Source: an uncultured bacterium | Lineage (GTDB): Bacteria > Oederibacteriota > Oederibacteriia > Oederibacteriales > Oederibacteriaceae | Direction of reading: 5' to 3' | Length of the DNA stretch: 64,000 nt | Assembly (NCBI GenBank): GCA_965112635.1 | Contig: OZ218778.1 | Location: 960,001-1,024,000, forward strand | Made by a program: the position numbers and the translations under genes | Notes under the pieces: generated by a model | Database searches by the model: none | Told to the model about the DNA's origin: nothing | The model's input: only the letters and a program-made list of their open reading frames with translations | Part shown: piece by piece, positions 9,246 to 19,904 of the stretch | Layout of the letters: every line of letters begins with the position of its first letter | How positions within the stretch are numbered: position 1 is the stretch's first letter

Positions 9246-11948
9246 ATGCCAAAAAATATTGATAAATTAATTATCAATAAGCCATACGAGGAGCCACAAG
9301 AGCATTGGCTTTATATTAGAGAGACACAAGATTTTGAACTGAAGTCTGGAAGGCGGAAGTCAGGTTATTGGAGAGCAACTACAAGAAATATAACTAATTT
9401 TGACGATCCTGGTGAATTTGTTGAAATTGAATTGGTTAATAAAATCAGACCGCGAGTTAAGAAGTGGAAAGAAAATGATTATCCAAATATTACTGGTGTG
9501 ACTCGAAAGCTTTTAAGATTTTGGAATGATCATTCTTTAAGGCAACAACCTCTTTTCTGGTGTCAACTTGAGGCCATAGAAACAGCTATTTGGCTTACTG
9601 AGGCTAGCTTAGCCGAAAAGCAGGGTATAAATATTCTTAATGATGGTAGTGCATGGGAAAGGCAGTGTTTAAAACTTGCAACCGGAACTGGTAAAACTGT
9701 CATTATGGCAATGCTGATTGCTTGGCAGGCCCTTAATAAAATAGCTAATAATAAAGATTCTAGATTTTCTCGAAATATTTTAGTGGTTGCTCCTGGATTA
9801 ACAGTGCGCGATCGCTTACAGGTCTTAAAGCCGGAGAACGAGGACAATTTTTATCAGAGTTTCTTACTTGTTGATTCCACAATGTGGCAAGAGCTTTTAC
9901 AGGCTAAAATTATTGTGACTAACTGGCATACATTAGCGCCGTTTAATGAGAATTATGGTCCTAAAGTTGTTAAAAAAGGCCCAGAAAGTGAAGAAGCTTT
10001 TTTCCGTAGGGTTATTTCCGATTTTGGAAATGCTAAAAATATACTTGTTATTAACGATGAGGCTCATCATTGTCATAGGCCTTCTTCTGATGAAGATGAG
10101 GAAGAAAAAGATAAAGCAACTATATGGGTAAGCGGCATTGATCGAATCCATAACGCACGCGGCGTATTAAAGGCATACGATCTTACAGCTACGCCTTTTA
10201 AGCCTACAGGAATGAATAATTTGGGTGAACAACTTTTTACTTGGATTGTTAGCGATTTTGGACTGAATGATGCTATAGAGAGTGGACTTGTAAAAACCCC
10301 TAAAGTTGCTGTGCGGGATGATTCTAATGTGGGTCCTGATTTGAAATCAAAATTATTCCATATTTATCCCTCCGTAAAAGAGGATTTAAACCGTAGGGCT
10401 GAGCCACATGAGGGTTTACCTGATCTTGTGAGAAACGCTGTAAATATATTAGGTGGTGACTGGCTGAGAGAAAAAGAATCGTGGGAAAAGCAAAACCCTC
10501 CTAGAGAAACGCCGCCAGTTATTATTGTTATTTGCAATCGCACTGAAACAGCGGCTCGTTTGGAATATTCGCTAGAGAATGGATATTTTTCTATTAATGA
10601 ATTAAGTGACAAAAATAGATTTATTCGTATTGACCAGGATGCGTTAGATAAAATTGAATCTGGCGATGAAGATAAATTGATCGGTTCAGGAAAAGATTTG
10701 GTAAAAAAGGAACGTGATAAATTCAACACTGTTGGAAAAAAAGATCGACCAGGTGAGCAAATACAATGTGTTATTGGCGTAAACATGCTTTCGGAGGGAT
10801 GGGATGCTCGAACGGTTACTCACATCCTTGGTTTGCGTGCTTTCACAAGCCAACTTTTATGTGAGCAGGTTATAGGACGAGGTTTGCGCCGTATTTCTTA
10901 TGACGTTAATGATGATGGTTTTTATGAACCAGAATATGTGACTGTATTTGGTGTTCCTTTTACATTCCTTCCTGCTGAACAGAAAATCGGTGTGCCAAGG
11001 ATTGAGAAACCTAAAACAAAGATTGAACCTGTTGTGGATAGAAAGGAACTAAAGATTGATTGGCCTCATGTATTAAGAGTGGAATACAAACTGAGTTATT
11101 TTCTTGATCTTGATTGGAATAAATTAGAAAAACTTACCCTTTCCGCGGAAGACGCACCTACAATTGTAGAGGTTGCCCCTGTTATTGATGGTAAACCAAA
11201 ATATGACCAACTAAGTGAGATAGATTTAGAACGTCTTGCCGAAGAACATCGTTTACAACAACTAAAACTGCAGGCTGCAGTTAGACTACATGAACAATTA
11301 GGTAAAAACTGGGAGGGGGATGCCGGTAGTCATATTAGCCAACTGATGCAATTATTTGATGACTTTTTAATATCAAACAAACTTGATATTAAAGTCCCTC
11401 TATTTGCGGGTACGGAAAAGTTAAGAAATATTGTTATTGCTCTGAATGCTCAACGAATAATAAATCATATCGGCAATTTCATTCGCAGTTCTAGTAAAGA
11501 AATTCCAAATCTAGTTCTTGACCCTGTTAGACCAAAAAGAAGTACATCAACGGCTATGATCTGGTATACAACAAAACCTACACAGCCGGTGAAAAAGAGT
11601 CAAATAAGCCATATTGTTATTGATAGTGGTTGGGAAAAGGTTGGGTTTGAATTTGAGCGCAATAGGATTTCTAGTTTAATTTCTTGGGTAAAGAACGACC
11701 ACCTTGGATTTGAAATTTACTACCTTTGGCAAGGGCAAGCTAAAACTTATTATCCGGATTATATTATTAGATTTAATGCTGAACGCTACATGGTTCTTGA
11801 AATTAAAGGTCAGATAAAAGAACAGGATAAGGCAAAGTGGCAAGCTGCTAAAGAGTGGATACAGGCAGTTAATGCAAATGGTTTGTTTGGAACGTGGGAG
11901 TTCAAGGTACTAGATGATCCGAGATTGCTTTTTGAGGTTATTAAATAA
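9246..11948 (+). CDS. res: Type III RM restriction subunit (Res-like SF2 helicase-nuclease)
   Basis: KLATGTGKT, DEAHH, LSEGWD, EQVIGRGLRR; C-terminal YYPDY...LEIKG. Confidence 0.9.
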   Translation: MPKNIDKLIINKPYEEPQEHWLYIRETQDFELKSGRRKSGYWRATTRNITNFDDPGEFVEIELVNKIRPRVKKWKENDYPNITGVTRKLLRFWNDHSLRQQPLFWCQLEAIETAIWLTEASLAEKQGINILNDGSAWERQCLKLATGTGKTVIMAMLIAWQALNKIANNKDSRFSRNILVVAPGLTVRDRLQVLKPENEDNFYQSFLLVDSTMWQELLQAKIIVTNWHTLAPFNENYGPKVVKKGPESEEAFFRRVISDFGNAKNILVINDEAHHCHRPSSDEDEEEKDKATIWVSGIDRIHNARGVLKAYDLTATPFKPTGMNNLGEQLFTWIVSDFGLNDAIESGLVKTPKVAVRDDSNVGPDLKSKLFHIYPSVKEDLNRRAEPHEGLPDLVRNAVNILGGDWLREKESWEKQNPPRETPPVIIVICNRTETAARLEYSLENGYFSINELSDKNRFIRIDQDALDKIESGDEDKLIGSGKDLVKKERDKFNTVGKKDRPGEQIQCVIGVNMLSEGWDARTVTHILGLRAFTSQLLCEQVIGRGLRRISYDVNDDGFYEPEYVTVFGVPFTFLPAEQKIGVPRIEKPKTKIEPVVDRKELKIDWPHVLRVEYKLSYFLDLDWNKLEKLTLSAEDAPTIVEVAPVIDGKPKYDQLSEIDLERLAEEHRLQQLKLQAAVRLHEQLGKNWEGDAGSHISQLMQLFDDFLISNKLDIKVPLFAGTEKLRNIVIALNAQRIINHIGNFIRSSSKEIPNLVLDPVRPKRSTSTAMIWYTTKPTQPVKKSQISHIVIDSGWEKVGFEFERNRISSLISWVKNDHLGFEIYYLWQGQAKTYYPDYIIRFNAERYMVLEIKGQIKEQDKAKWQAAKEWIQAVNANGLFGTWEFKVLDDPRLLFEVIK

Positions 11949-11960
11949 AGAGGTGTCTAA

Positions 11961-12755
11961 GTGAGTCAATTTTTGCGCGATGAATATTTACGAAATCTTA
12001 CAATAACAGAAGATTGTTTAAAAAGAATAAACGATGATCTAGAGGAAATAATAAAAAAGCAAAATGAAACCTTAAATTTACAATTTACTGGACAGGATTT
12101 GATTGATCGGTTACTCATGCATTCATACATCATTAGATTTGATGGAAAAGGTTTTCGCTTGTTTGACTTTGAAAGTGCAATTAAATATTTTCAAGATGCT
12201 AAAAGGGTTGAACGATTTATTATTGTGGTCGATTCAATAAAAAGCATTAATCGGATTCATGGGCAAAGTATTGATTTGCGGCTAGATGCTATGGATATAA
12301 ATAACTGTTCAATTGTAGTTCAGGATGACAATGACACTTGGGTTGGTGCTACATTCAGTAGATTAAAGGAAAGATTAGATAAATATCATAATAAGAATTA
12401 CATGCTACAAAATAAATTTACTCCCTTTATACTTCAAATGGTGGGTGTTATTGTAGGCTTTTTTATAAGCTTTTGGATTGCTAGTGCAGTATCTCCTAAA
12501 TTAAATATTGATAATCCTTTTGCAGTATCATTTATTATTTTATTTATTATATTTTCAAACTGCTGGGTATGGATGTTCGACTTATCAAAAAGGATTATTA
12601 ACTATCTTTGGCCTAATATAGAATTCAAAAAGCGAGGCGAAATCCCTTGGCCTTTGAAAGGTATAATTAATTCAGTCATTGCATTATTTGTCCTCTATAT
12701 TTTTGGAATTATGCTATCAAAAGTATTGATATTCGTTAAATTGATATTGAAATAA
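11961..12755 (+). CDS. Hypothetical protein with 3 C-terminal TM helices
   Basis: Hydrophobic C-terminal segments; 12 nt after res. Confidence 0.7.
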   Translation: MSQFLRDEYLRNLTITEDCLKRINDDLEEIIKKQNETLNLQFTGQDLIDRLLMHSYIIRFDGKGFRLFDFESAIKYFQDAKRVERFIIVVDSIKSINRIHGQSIDLRLDAMDINNCSIVVQDDNDTWVGATFSRLKERLDKYHNKNYMLQNKFTPFILQMVGVIVGFFISFWIASAVSPKLNIDNPFAVSFIILFIIFSNCWVWMFDLSKRIINYLWPNIEFKKRGEIPWPLKGIINSVIALFVLYIFGIMLSKVLIFVKLILK

Positions 12756-12826
12756 ACCTTATCAAATATAGTGTGGTAACAAGGTTTATGCATAGTATTT
12801 GTTGAGAATAAAAAAGGAGAAAAAAC

Positions 12827-15226
12827 ATGATCGATCCTAAAATAATTTCAATTCACAAGAAGTACTCTTTCTTGTTAAGTATGTCTGAAGATGATTTTCG
12901 CGACAAAGTTGTACGCCCTTTATTTTTGCGCATGAAACTTACTGATGGAAGGGATTTGTGTGGCGTAAATGAAAATGGAAGGGATACTCTTTTTATAGGA
13001 CAAAACAGTCTTAGGCAGGAAGAATTATATTATATACAAACAAAGAAAGGTAAATTGAATAAAACAGCAAAAGCAGCACAAAATGTGATTACTTCTATTA
13101 CACAATTAATAACTGCATTACAAACATGTTATATTTTTGTGACAAATAAAAGAAAGGTTTACCCTAGTCATGTGTTGTTGTGTGCAAGCGGAACAATTAA
13201 TGATGAGGCTCGAAAACATATATACGATACGGTTAAAGATCCGAGAGTTAAATTTTATGACAGCGATGATCTAATACCTTTAATTGACGAGTTGTATCCT
13301 GAATTATGGTTGGGTATTGATGCAGATAAATTACCTTATTTAAAAAATTTGAAAAAATGTTTAGAACAAATTAGTGAAAGTTCATTTTTAACAGATTTAG
13401 TGGCTGTAGATTCGAAATCCACAGTTGTTACAAATGAATTGTATGTTACGTTAAAACTAAATTTTTCTGAAGAAGCTACTAAGCAATATAGAGGCAAGAC
13501 GATTCATGAGCCCAAAATCGTTGAAATTCCAGCAGAGGCAATTTTAAGGAAGCCGCAAAATAATATTCTTATTTTGGGCGGACCAGGATCTGGGAAATCA
13601 ACAATTATTAAACGAATAGCTTATGTTTTGTGTGAGCAGCTTATAAAAGATAACCTTTCAGTAAATTTACCTGTTTTATTACGTGCGATTGATATCGTAG
13701 ATTCTCAAGATGATCTGATGAGCATTTGTAATAAATCAATGCAAGAAATCGCTTTATCTAGCAAACCATGCTTTTCGGTAGATGACTTACAAAACGGTAA
13801 CTTAACAATTTTAATTGATGCGCTTGATGAGGTCGCTGATGTAGATAAAATTAAAAAGATATTAAGTAAAGTTGAGGAGTTTGGCCAAAAGTTTATTAAG
13901 TGCAAGATAATTCTTACCTCTAGAGAATATACATATATTAAAAATTTAGAAGAACTGAAAAAATATGCAGAATACAGGGTAAGTAATATTGATTTTACTC
14001 AGGCAATGAAAATAATTGAGAAATTAAGCAAAAGAAAATCTTGCCCCAGAGGTGTTTTGCAGGAAACGATAAGACGGCTACAGGATATTCATGGAGTAAC
14101 CCTTAGTCCTTTGTTGGTAACAGTATTTGTAGCAACCTCAGACTATTCACGAAAAGATATACCAGCCAATATTACTGAGTTGTTTAAAAAATTCACTGAA
14201 ATGATGCTAGGAAGGTGGGATTCAACTAAGGGTCTTAGCCAACAATATCATTCCAATTTAAAGGATTTTCTTTTGAGAAGGTTGGCCTATGAAATGCATA
14301 AAGATGGAAAAGTTATTATTGATGAGAAATATTGCATAGAATTTTTTACTCAAGAATTAGAAATAAGGGGACAAAGACATAGTGATATTGCAATATTAAT
14401 ACAGGAAATATTACATCGTTCCGGTCTTTTCCGTTGTAATGAGGGAAAGGTTGAGTTTAGACATCTATTGCTACAAGAATTTTTTGCGGGAAGAGGTATC
14501 CAAAATCCTTCCGAAGTTATTGAATTGATTAAAGCACAATGGTGGCAACGTGCAATAATATTTTATTTTGGCGAAAATCCAGGTGATAGCAATACGCTGG
14601 AAAAGACAATTTCCGATTTAAATACAGTGAATGTTAATGAAAGATTTATAGCAACAGTTACATTAGGATTAGCTGTCCAGGCGTGTTATTTAATACATGT
14701 TTCCCATAAATATAACTTTTTACGTTGGATAATATTGGGATTAGCTGAAATTAAGGATGATTTACTTAAAGAAATATTAAATCAAGGGCACAAATATCCT
14801 ATTACATTATTTATTCTATATTATTTATTTGGGAGAGATTCAGTCGCATTTGATATTTTAGATAGGTGTTCACCAACCTTTTTAGAAGAAATACTCCAAG
14901 AATGCAAAAATGAAAACAGCAAAGAAACGGTCAGGTTTTGGTTTATTGTTGGATTATTTGAGTGTGGTTATTTAAAAGAGGCGCAAATACAATTAAAAAA
15001 TTTCAGGCCAAAAGATGAAAGGTTATTATTAGCTTTGCATTTGGGTTGTTGTTTGATAGAAAATGTTAAAGTAATTGATGGAGAAAAACGAATTCTAGCT
15101 CGAAAAATACGGGATGGTTTCACACCAAGAATTAACCATTTAATACTTCAGGTGAAAGATGAATATAAGTCGGATCTACTAGAAGTAAGGAAAAATAAAA
15201 TTGAGGCTATAGAATATAAGCAATAA
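12827..15226 (+). CDS. NACHT/STAND NTPase with N-terminal Mrr-like nuclease (probable antiphage protein)
   Basis: GGPGSGKS, ILIDALDE, ILTSR, PLL, FRHLLLQEFFA; N-terminal E...GRD...IQTK. Confidence 0.82.
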   Translation: MIDPKIISIHKKYSFLLSMSEDDFRDKVVRPLFLRMKLTDGRDLCGVNENGRDTLFIGQNSLRQEELYYIQTKKGKLNKTAKAAQNVITSITQLITALQTCYIFVTNKRKVYPSHVLLCASGTINDEARKHIYDTVKDPRVKFYDSDDLIPLIDELYPELWLGIDADKLPYLKNLKKCLEQISESSFLTDLVAVDSKSTVVTNELYVTLKLNFSEEATKQYRGKTIHEPKIVEIPAEAILRKPQNNILILGGPGSGKSTIIKRIAYVLCEQLIKDNLSVNLPVLLRAIDIVDSQDDLMSICNKSMQEIALSSKPCFSVDDLQNGNLTILIDALDEVADVDKIKKILSKVEEFGQKFIKCKIILTSREYTYIKNLEELKKYAEYRVSNIDFTQAMKIIEKLSKRKSCPRGVLQETIRRLQDIHGVTLSPLLVTVFVATSDYSRKDIPANITELFKKFTEMMLGRWDSTKGLSQQYHSNLKDFLLRRLAYEMHKDGKVIIDEKYCIEFFTQELEIRGQRHSDIAILIQEILHRSGLFRCNEGKVEFRHLLLQEFFAGRGIQNPSEVIELIKAQWWQRAIIFYFGENPGDSNTLEKTISDLNTVNVNERFIATVTLGLAVQACYLIHVSHKYNFLRWIILGLAEIKDDLLKEILNQGHKYPITLFILYYLFGRDSVAFDILDRCSPTFLEEILQECKNENSKETVRFWFIVGLFECGYLKEAQIQLKNFRPKDERLLLALHLGCCLIENVKVIDGEKRILARKIRDGFTPRINHLILQVKDEYKSDLLEVRKNKIEAIEYKQ

Positions 15227-15498
15227 TAAATTGTAAAACTGAACGTTCTATTGCTAATGCTTTTTTGATTGCTTCGGCGTTTCTGCTCTTTTGTATCTAA
15301 TCTTTCCTGTTTTATCTTCCAAATAAAAACTCGAGTTATATCTCTTTTATTCTTATCAAATAATCCTTTGGAGATAGGGATGCCTTTTCTTACCTAAACT
15401 TCCTTTATAAATCTGTTGAGGGTCTGAGTGTCGGTATTTTAGTTACAAAGATGTTTGTGCTATTTTTGTTTTCCTTCAGTTATTAAAACCTCAATGAT

Positions 15499-15546
15499 TC
15501 TTACCTAAATCTTACCTATATATCCGTGGATGGCCTTACCTCTAAG
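15499..15546 (+). promoter_or_regulatory. CTTACCT direct repeats upstream of the HTH-primase operon
   Basis: TCTTACCTAAA-TCTTACCTATA (11-bp period), with further copies at 15535 and 15388. Confidence 0.45.
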
Positions 15547-15594
15547 TTCATACAATATTTCTATGTCTAAAAAGAATAGAGAGGAGGGTTTCAA

Positions 15595-15849
15595 ATGGAT
15601 CCAAAACACAAGTTAGTTGAAAGCATTCTCATGCGCTACAAAAACAAAGTAAAAGAGTGCCGTCTAAGGGCACTTATTGATAAGCAAGAAGATCTAGCTC
15701 GTTTAACCGGAATTAACCGCAGTACTATTAACGCCTTAGAAAAAAACAGACTCTTTTTATCTTCTGCTTACGCTCTTCTGTTAGCTGAAAAATTAAACTG
15801 CAAGCTTGATGATCTTTTCGAAAAGGTAAATCAAGAAAAAACGATTTAA
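15595..15849 (+). CDS. XRE/Cro HTH regulator
   Basis: QEDLARLTGINRSTINALEK..LDDLF. Confidence 0.85.
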   Translation: MDPKHKLVESILMRYKNKVKECRLRALIDKQEDLARLTGINRSTINALEKNRLFLSSAYALLLAEKLNCKLDDLFEKVNQEKTI

Positions 15850-15861
15850 AAGGGGTTAACT

Positions 15862-17745
15862 ATGGGAACAACCCAGGTTATTAGCCGAGACTATGACATA
15901 TTCAAGAAATATGTAGGAGCTTTAAAAGAAACAAACCAGCCCGGACAAGCTATAGGATTATGCCCCTTCCATGAAGATACTATTCCTTCTCTTAGCGTAA
16001 ACAGCCTAACAGGTGAGTGGTATTGCCATTCCTGTAAAGAGGGAGGTAATCTTCTCGGATTTTACATGAAGCTAAAAACTGGTATAGATCAGGAAACGGC
16101 TGTTAAAGAAATTGAGGAGCTGTATAAAGAAAATTCAATTAAAGCTCTGGAAGGTGATCATAAAGAAATACTAGAAACTCCAAAAGCATCTTGCGCAATA
16201 ATGCAGCAAATAGCCGCTTACATCTATACAGACCTGCAAGGTAATCCTTTACGCCGCGTTATCCGATATGAACCTAAAACTTTCAGACAGCAGCACTTTA
16301 AAAATGATAAATGGGTTTGGGGTAGGGGTAATACTGAGGATGTTTTATATAACCAGCCTGAAATTGTTCAAGCTGAAACCGTATTTATTGTTGAGGGTGA
16401 GAAGGACTGTGAGAGCTTAAAGAAATTTGAATTGGTTGCTACTACCTGCATTAATGGGGCTGGTAAGTGGAAAGATTCATACAATGCACAATTTAAAGGC
16501 AAAAAGGTAATTATTCTTCCTGATAATGATGAGCCAGGTAAAGAACACGCGCTTATGGTTGCTCAGAGCGTAAAAGGGATAGCTGAATCTGTAAAGATCG
16601 TGGAATTGCCAAACCTACCTGATAAGGGTGATGTTTCAGACTGGATTGCACAAGGTGGTACTAAGGATAGCCTGCTTTTTATCGCTGAAGTAACTGATGA
16701 GTGGAAGCCTAATTCGACTACGTTCTCTGTTCCGCTTACTAATGCAGAAATATGTAAAACGGAAACAGAGGTAACCTTACCTCAGATTAAATCCTTAGAG
16801 GATTCCTTACCTAGCGATTATGAACTCATTTCTCAAAATATTCAGATTGAATGGTTAGTGGAAAAATTAATTGCAAAAAAGGCCATTACAGTTATTCATG
16901 CAAAAGGTGGCACTGGAAAAACAGGATTTATTGTTGGTTTGGCTAAGGCGGTAACTCAAGGAAATTATTTCTTAGGTCTAAAGACGCAGCAGAACAAGGT
17001 TACTTATTGCGATTTCGATAACCCGTTAGATGTACTGATCTCGAGGATCAAACAGGTAGGTGCTTCTGGGGTAAAGGTATGGCATAGATCAAATCTTGAA
17101 ATTAAACTTCCTAAAATTGATTCAGAAGGATGGGAGCAATTCAAAAGCTTACCTCAGGACAGCCTTTTAATCTTTGACACTCTTAGAGCTTCACAGAGCT
17201 TAGATGAAAACGATGGCCGACATATGGCTATTGTTATGGAAAGGTTCAGATCGCTCTGTGACGTTGGTTATACGGTAGTTCTTCTGCATCACAATCCCAA
17301 ATACAATGATCGGGTTTATAAAGGTTCTTCATCAATTTCTGACTTGGCTGATTGTGTTATCAGTTTAGAGAAAAGGAAAAAGAATAAGCCGGACGAAATC
17401 CTAGATGATAGCGACAAGGCGGGTGAGTTCTGTTTCTGGATGGGCACGGACAAAACAAGATATGCTCCTTTTCAAATATTTCTTAAATATGATCAAGAAA
17501 ACGGTTTTTCTCTTGCCACTGGTGGACCTAATGAAGATTGTCTGTTAGCTATTCAAGAAATAATTAAGAAGTTTAACGCTGAAAATAATAAGTGGCTTAA
17601 TCAAAGGGAATTGGTGGAAAAGGTTGTTCAGGAAACGGTAATTAAGAAAGCTAAGGCTTATCACTTATTAAGTGAGGGGAAAGAAAAGTATTGGTCTTTT
17701 GAGAAAGGTGAAAGTAATTCAAAGATCTATAGGGTTAAGGAATGA
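15862..17745 (+). CDS. Primase-helicase A: CHC2 zinc finger + TOPRIM + AAA_25/RepA-type NTPase
   Basis: CPFHED...CHSC; VEGEKD, PDND; AKGGTGKT, LIFDT, LLHH. Confidence 0.87.
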   Translation: MGTTQVISRDYDIFKKYVGALKETNQPGQAIGLCPFHEDTIPSLSVNSLTGEWYCHSCKEGGNLLGFYMKLKTGIDQETAVKEIEELYKENSIKALEGDHKEILETPKASCAIMQQIAAYIYTDLQGNPLRRVIRYEPKTFRQQHFKNDKWVWGRGNTEDVLYNQPEIVQAETVFIVEGEKDCESLKKFELVATTCINGAGKWKDSYNAQFKGKKVIILPDNDEPGKEHALMVAQSVKGIAESVKIVELPNLPDKGDVSDWIAQGGTKDSLLFIAEVTDEWKPNSTTFSVPLTNAEICKTETEVTLPQIKSLEDSLPSDYELISQNIQIEWLVEKLIAKKAITVIHAKGGTGKTGFIVGLAKAVTQGNYFLGLKTQQNKVTYCDFDNPLDVLISRIKQVGASGVKVWHRSNLEIKLPKIDSEGWEQFKSLPQDSLLIFDTLRASQSLDENDGRHMAIVMERFRSLCDVGYTVVLLHHNPKYNDRVYKGSSSISDLADCVISLEKRKKNKPDEILDDSDKAGEFCFWMGTDKTRYAPFQIFLKYDQENGFSLATGGPNEDCLLAIQEIIKKFNAENNKWLNQRELVEKVVQETVIKKAKAYHLLSEGKEKYWSFEKGESNSKIYRVKE

Positions 17746-17757
17746 TGAATTTTATTG

Positions 17758-17977
17758 GGTTTTCCGTTTCCGCTCCATATATAGGTGTGAAAAACCAGAA
17801 AACCATATCTCTAAAGGGAAAAGGGTGTTTTTTATTTGGTTCGTTTTTTACTGCATATCTTAAAGAGCATAAAACTTAGCTTAGGCTAAGAAAGGGGTGT
17901 TCCACAAGTCACTATGACTTGTGAACTAAGGTTTGTTGGTTTCCTAACTGTATATATGGACTCGAAACCGGAAAACC
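17758..17977. repeat. Inverted iteron-like repeats (putative origin) after primase A
   Basis: GGTTTTCCGTTTCCGCTCCATATATA (17758) is an imperfect inverted repeat of 17951-17977; GAAAACC copies; internal palindrome 17903-17923. Confidence 0.5.
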
Positions 17978-18080
17978 TTCTCTTCCAAGGGAAATATTGG
18001 GAAATATAAAGTTGTTGGTAAGAACCAAAGAAAATATGGTTTCTCATCAATCAGCACGGAAATACGGTTAGTAGTCAGGG

Positions 18081-18557
18081 TTGGTTATGAAGTTACGGGA
18101 GACAGCAGGAGCTTATGGAATACCTATATTCAAATTAGAGTTAGTAAGAGATTCAACGGTCCGAATAAGGGATCGTGAAAGTATTACTAGCTCTTATGCT
18201 GCTATCAAACTGGCTAGAAAATTACTAAAGGGTTCGCATTGTGAACATCTATTTGCCTTCTTCTTAGATAACCAAAATAGGTTTATAGGACTTAGACAAT
18301 TTGAAGGAACGGTTAATCAGGTAGCCATTTATCCTCGCGAAATATTTCTTCCCGCATTGCTTTGCAATTCAACCTCGTTGATTTTGTTGCACAACCATCC
18401 TTCAGGGATTTTAAAACCAAGTAATGAAGATTTCAGGTTGAACGAATCTCTCAAAACTGTATCGAAACTATTACAACTGGCATTGTTAGATCACATCATC
18501 TTGGGAGAGGAGGGACAAAGCGAATATTACAGTTTTCATGAATCCAGAACGCTCTAG
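18081..18557 (+). CDS. radC: RadC-like JAB domain protein
   Basis: E...LD.QN...YPREIF...HNHPSG...PS.ED...LLDHII. Confidence 0.9.
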   Translation: MVMKLRETAGAYGIPIFKLELVRDSTVRIRDRESITSSYAAIKLARKLLKGSHCEHLFAFFLDNQNRFIGLRQFEGTVNQVAIYPREIFLPALLCNSTSLILLHNHPSGILKPSNEDFRLNESLKTVSKLLQLALLDHIILGEEGQSEYYSFHESRTL

Positions 18558-18571
18558 GAAGGAGGTGTTAA

Positions 18572-19063
18572 GTGACTGATTTAGCAGTTTTAGAAAAGGT
18601 TGAAGCTGATGAAGGGATTAAGAAAAGACCTTTACCTGATCCTAAGCAAGAACTCTCAGCAAAGGATGCTGTAGAAGGTAAGTGGTACTTTACTAAATCT
18701 CCTAACAGATCGGATTATTCGAGGGGTTTAAAAAACGAGGGGTATTTAGTCGTTAAGGTTGTTAAGAACGACATTAACGGCCTGACTGTTTACCTACCCT
18801 CTACGGATCATAATATTTCGTTACCTTTAAACCATACCTTATACCCGGCCTCGGAACCTATTGCCCAGGGTGAACCTACTCTTAAGAGGGGTAGGAAGCG
18901 TCAAGGAGGCTCACGTCGGGCAATTATCCTTAAAGGTATGAGAGAGGGTAAAACCGATGAAGAGATTTTAGAAGAGGTTCTAAAAATATTTCTGGATGCA
19001 CCTAAAGATCGCGTGAAAGGTCAGATAAGCGGTAATAGGAGTTGGATCAAAAATCATTCATAA
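18572..19063 (+). CDS. Hypothetical protein
   Basis: GTG start with AGGAGG RBS, in operon. Confidence 0.65.
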   Translation: MTDLAVLEKVEADEGIKKRPLPDPKQELSAKDAVEGKWYFTKSPNRSDYSRGLKNEGYLVVKVVKNDINGLTVYLPSTDHNISLPLNHTLYPASEPIAQGEPTLKRGRKRQGGSRRAIILKGMREGKTDEEILEEVLKIFLDAPKDRVKGQISGNRSWIKNHS

Positions 19064-19078
19064 AGGAGGTGAAGGGTT

Positions 19079-19690
19079 TTGGGATACACACATTATTGGA
19101 AAAGGAAGCAAGAGATTGACTTAGCTATTATGACGGCAATCGTGGCTGATTTCAGAAAGGTACTGCCAGAGATTCAGAAGCATGTTGATCTGGCTGATGG
19201 TATGGGAGAGGGTGAGCCAATTATCAAAAATGATTGCGTGTGTTTTAACGGGAAGCATAACTGCGGACACCCGGTTAACCACGAGATAGTAATTCCTTGG
19301 CCGAGTGATGAGGCGGGAGGAGTTGCCAATCCTTTTGTAGAAAAAACTGTAAGTGATACCTGGTACGCAGGAGCCGTAATTGATAAGAGGTGTTGCGGTG
19401 GAAGTTGTGATTATGAAACTTTTGACTTCCCTAGAGTATTGGAATTAGAAAAATGGCAGAAGCCAGAACAAGGTAAATATTTTCAGTGTTGTAAAACGGC
19501 TTTCAGGCCGTATGACTTGGCGGTTATTGTTTTTCTGATAATAGCCAAACAGTATTTGAAAGATCAGTTGGTAGTAAATAGTGACGGACGCCAACAGCAT
19601 TGGTTTGACGGTCAGATGATGTGTCATACGGTTCTTGGTTATGGATTGGGATTTAAGCTGTCTGTAGAAGGAAAGGAGGTTAAAGCATAA
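19079..19690 (+). CDS. Hypothetical mobile-element protein (MGYTHYW...CKT.RPYD type)
   Basis: Strong RBS; motif pattern seen in phage/ICE accessory proteins. Confidence 0.7.
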   Translation: MGYTHYWKRKQEIDLAIMTAIVADFRKVLPEIQKHVDLADGMGEGEPIIKNDCVCFNGKHNCGHPVNHEIVIPWPSDEAGGVANPFVEKTVSDTWYAGAVIDKRCCGGSCDYETFDFPRVLELEKWQKPEQGKYFQCCKTAFRPYDLAVIVFLIIAKQYLKDQLVVNSDGRQQHWFDGQMMCHTVLGYGLGFKLSVEGKEVKA

Positions 19691-19904
19691 CGGTTACAAA
19701 TCTGTTTCTGAAGGATGTGGTGGAGTGATGAACTATTTAGATTTTAGAAGCGGGGCAATGCAAGCAAGGACAATTATTCCAAGAAAGCCAGGCGATCCGG
19801 TAATGAACAGGGATGAAATAGAGCAATGGATCGCAGGTGAGTATCGAAGGCATTACGATAAAAACGGTAAAGCTATAAATCTGGAAAGTAGGGAGGTGAA
19901 TAAA

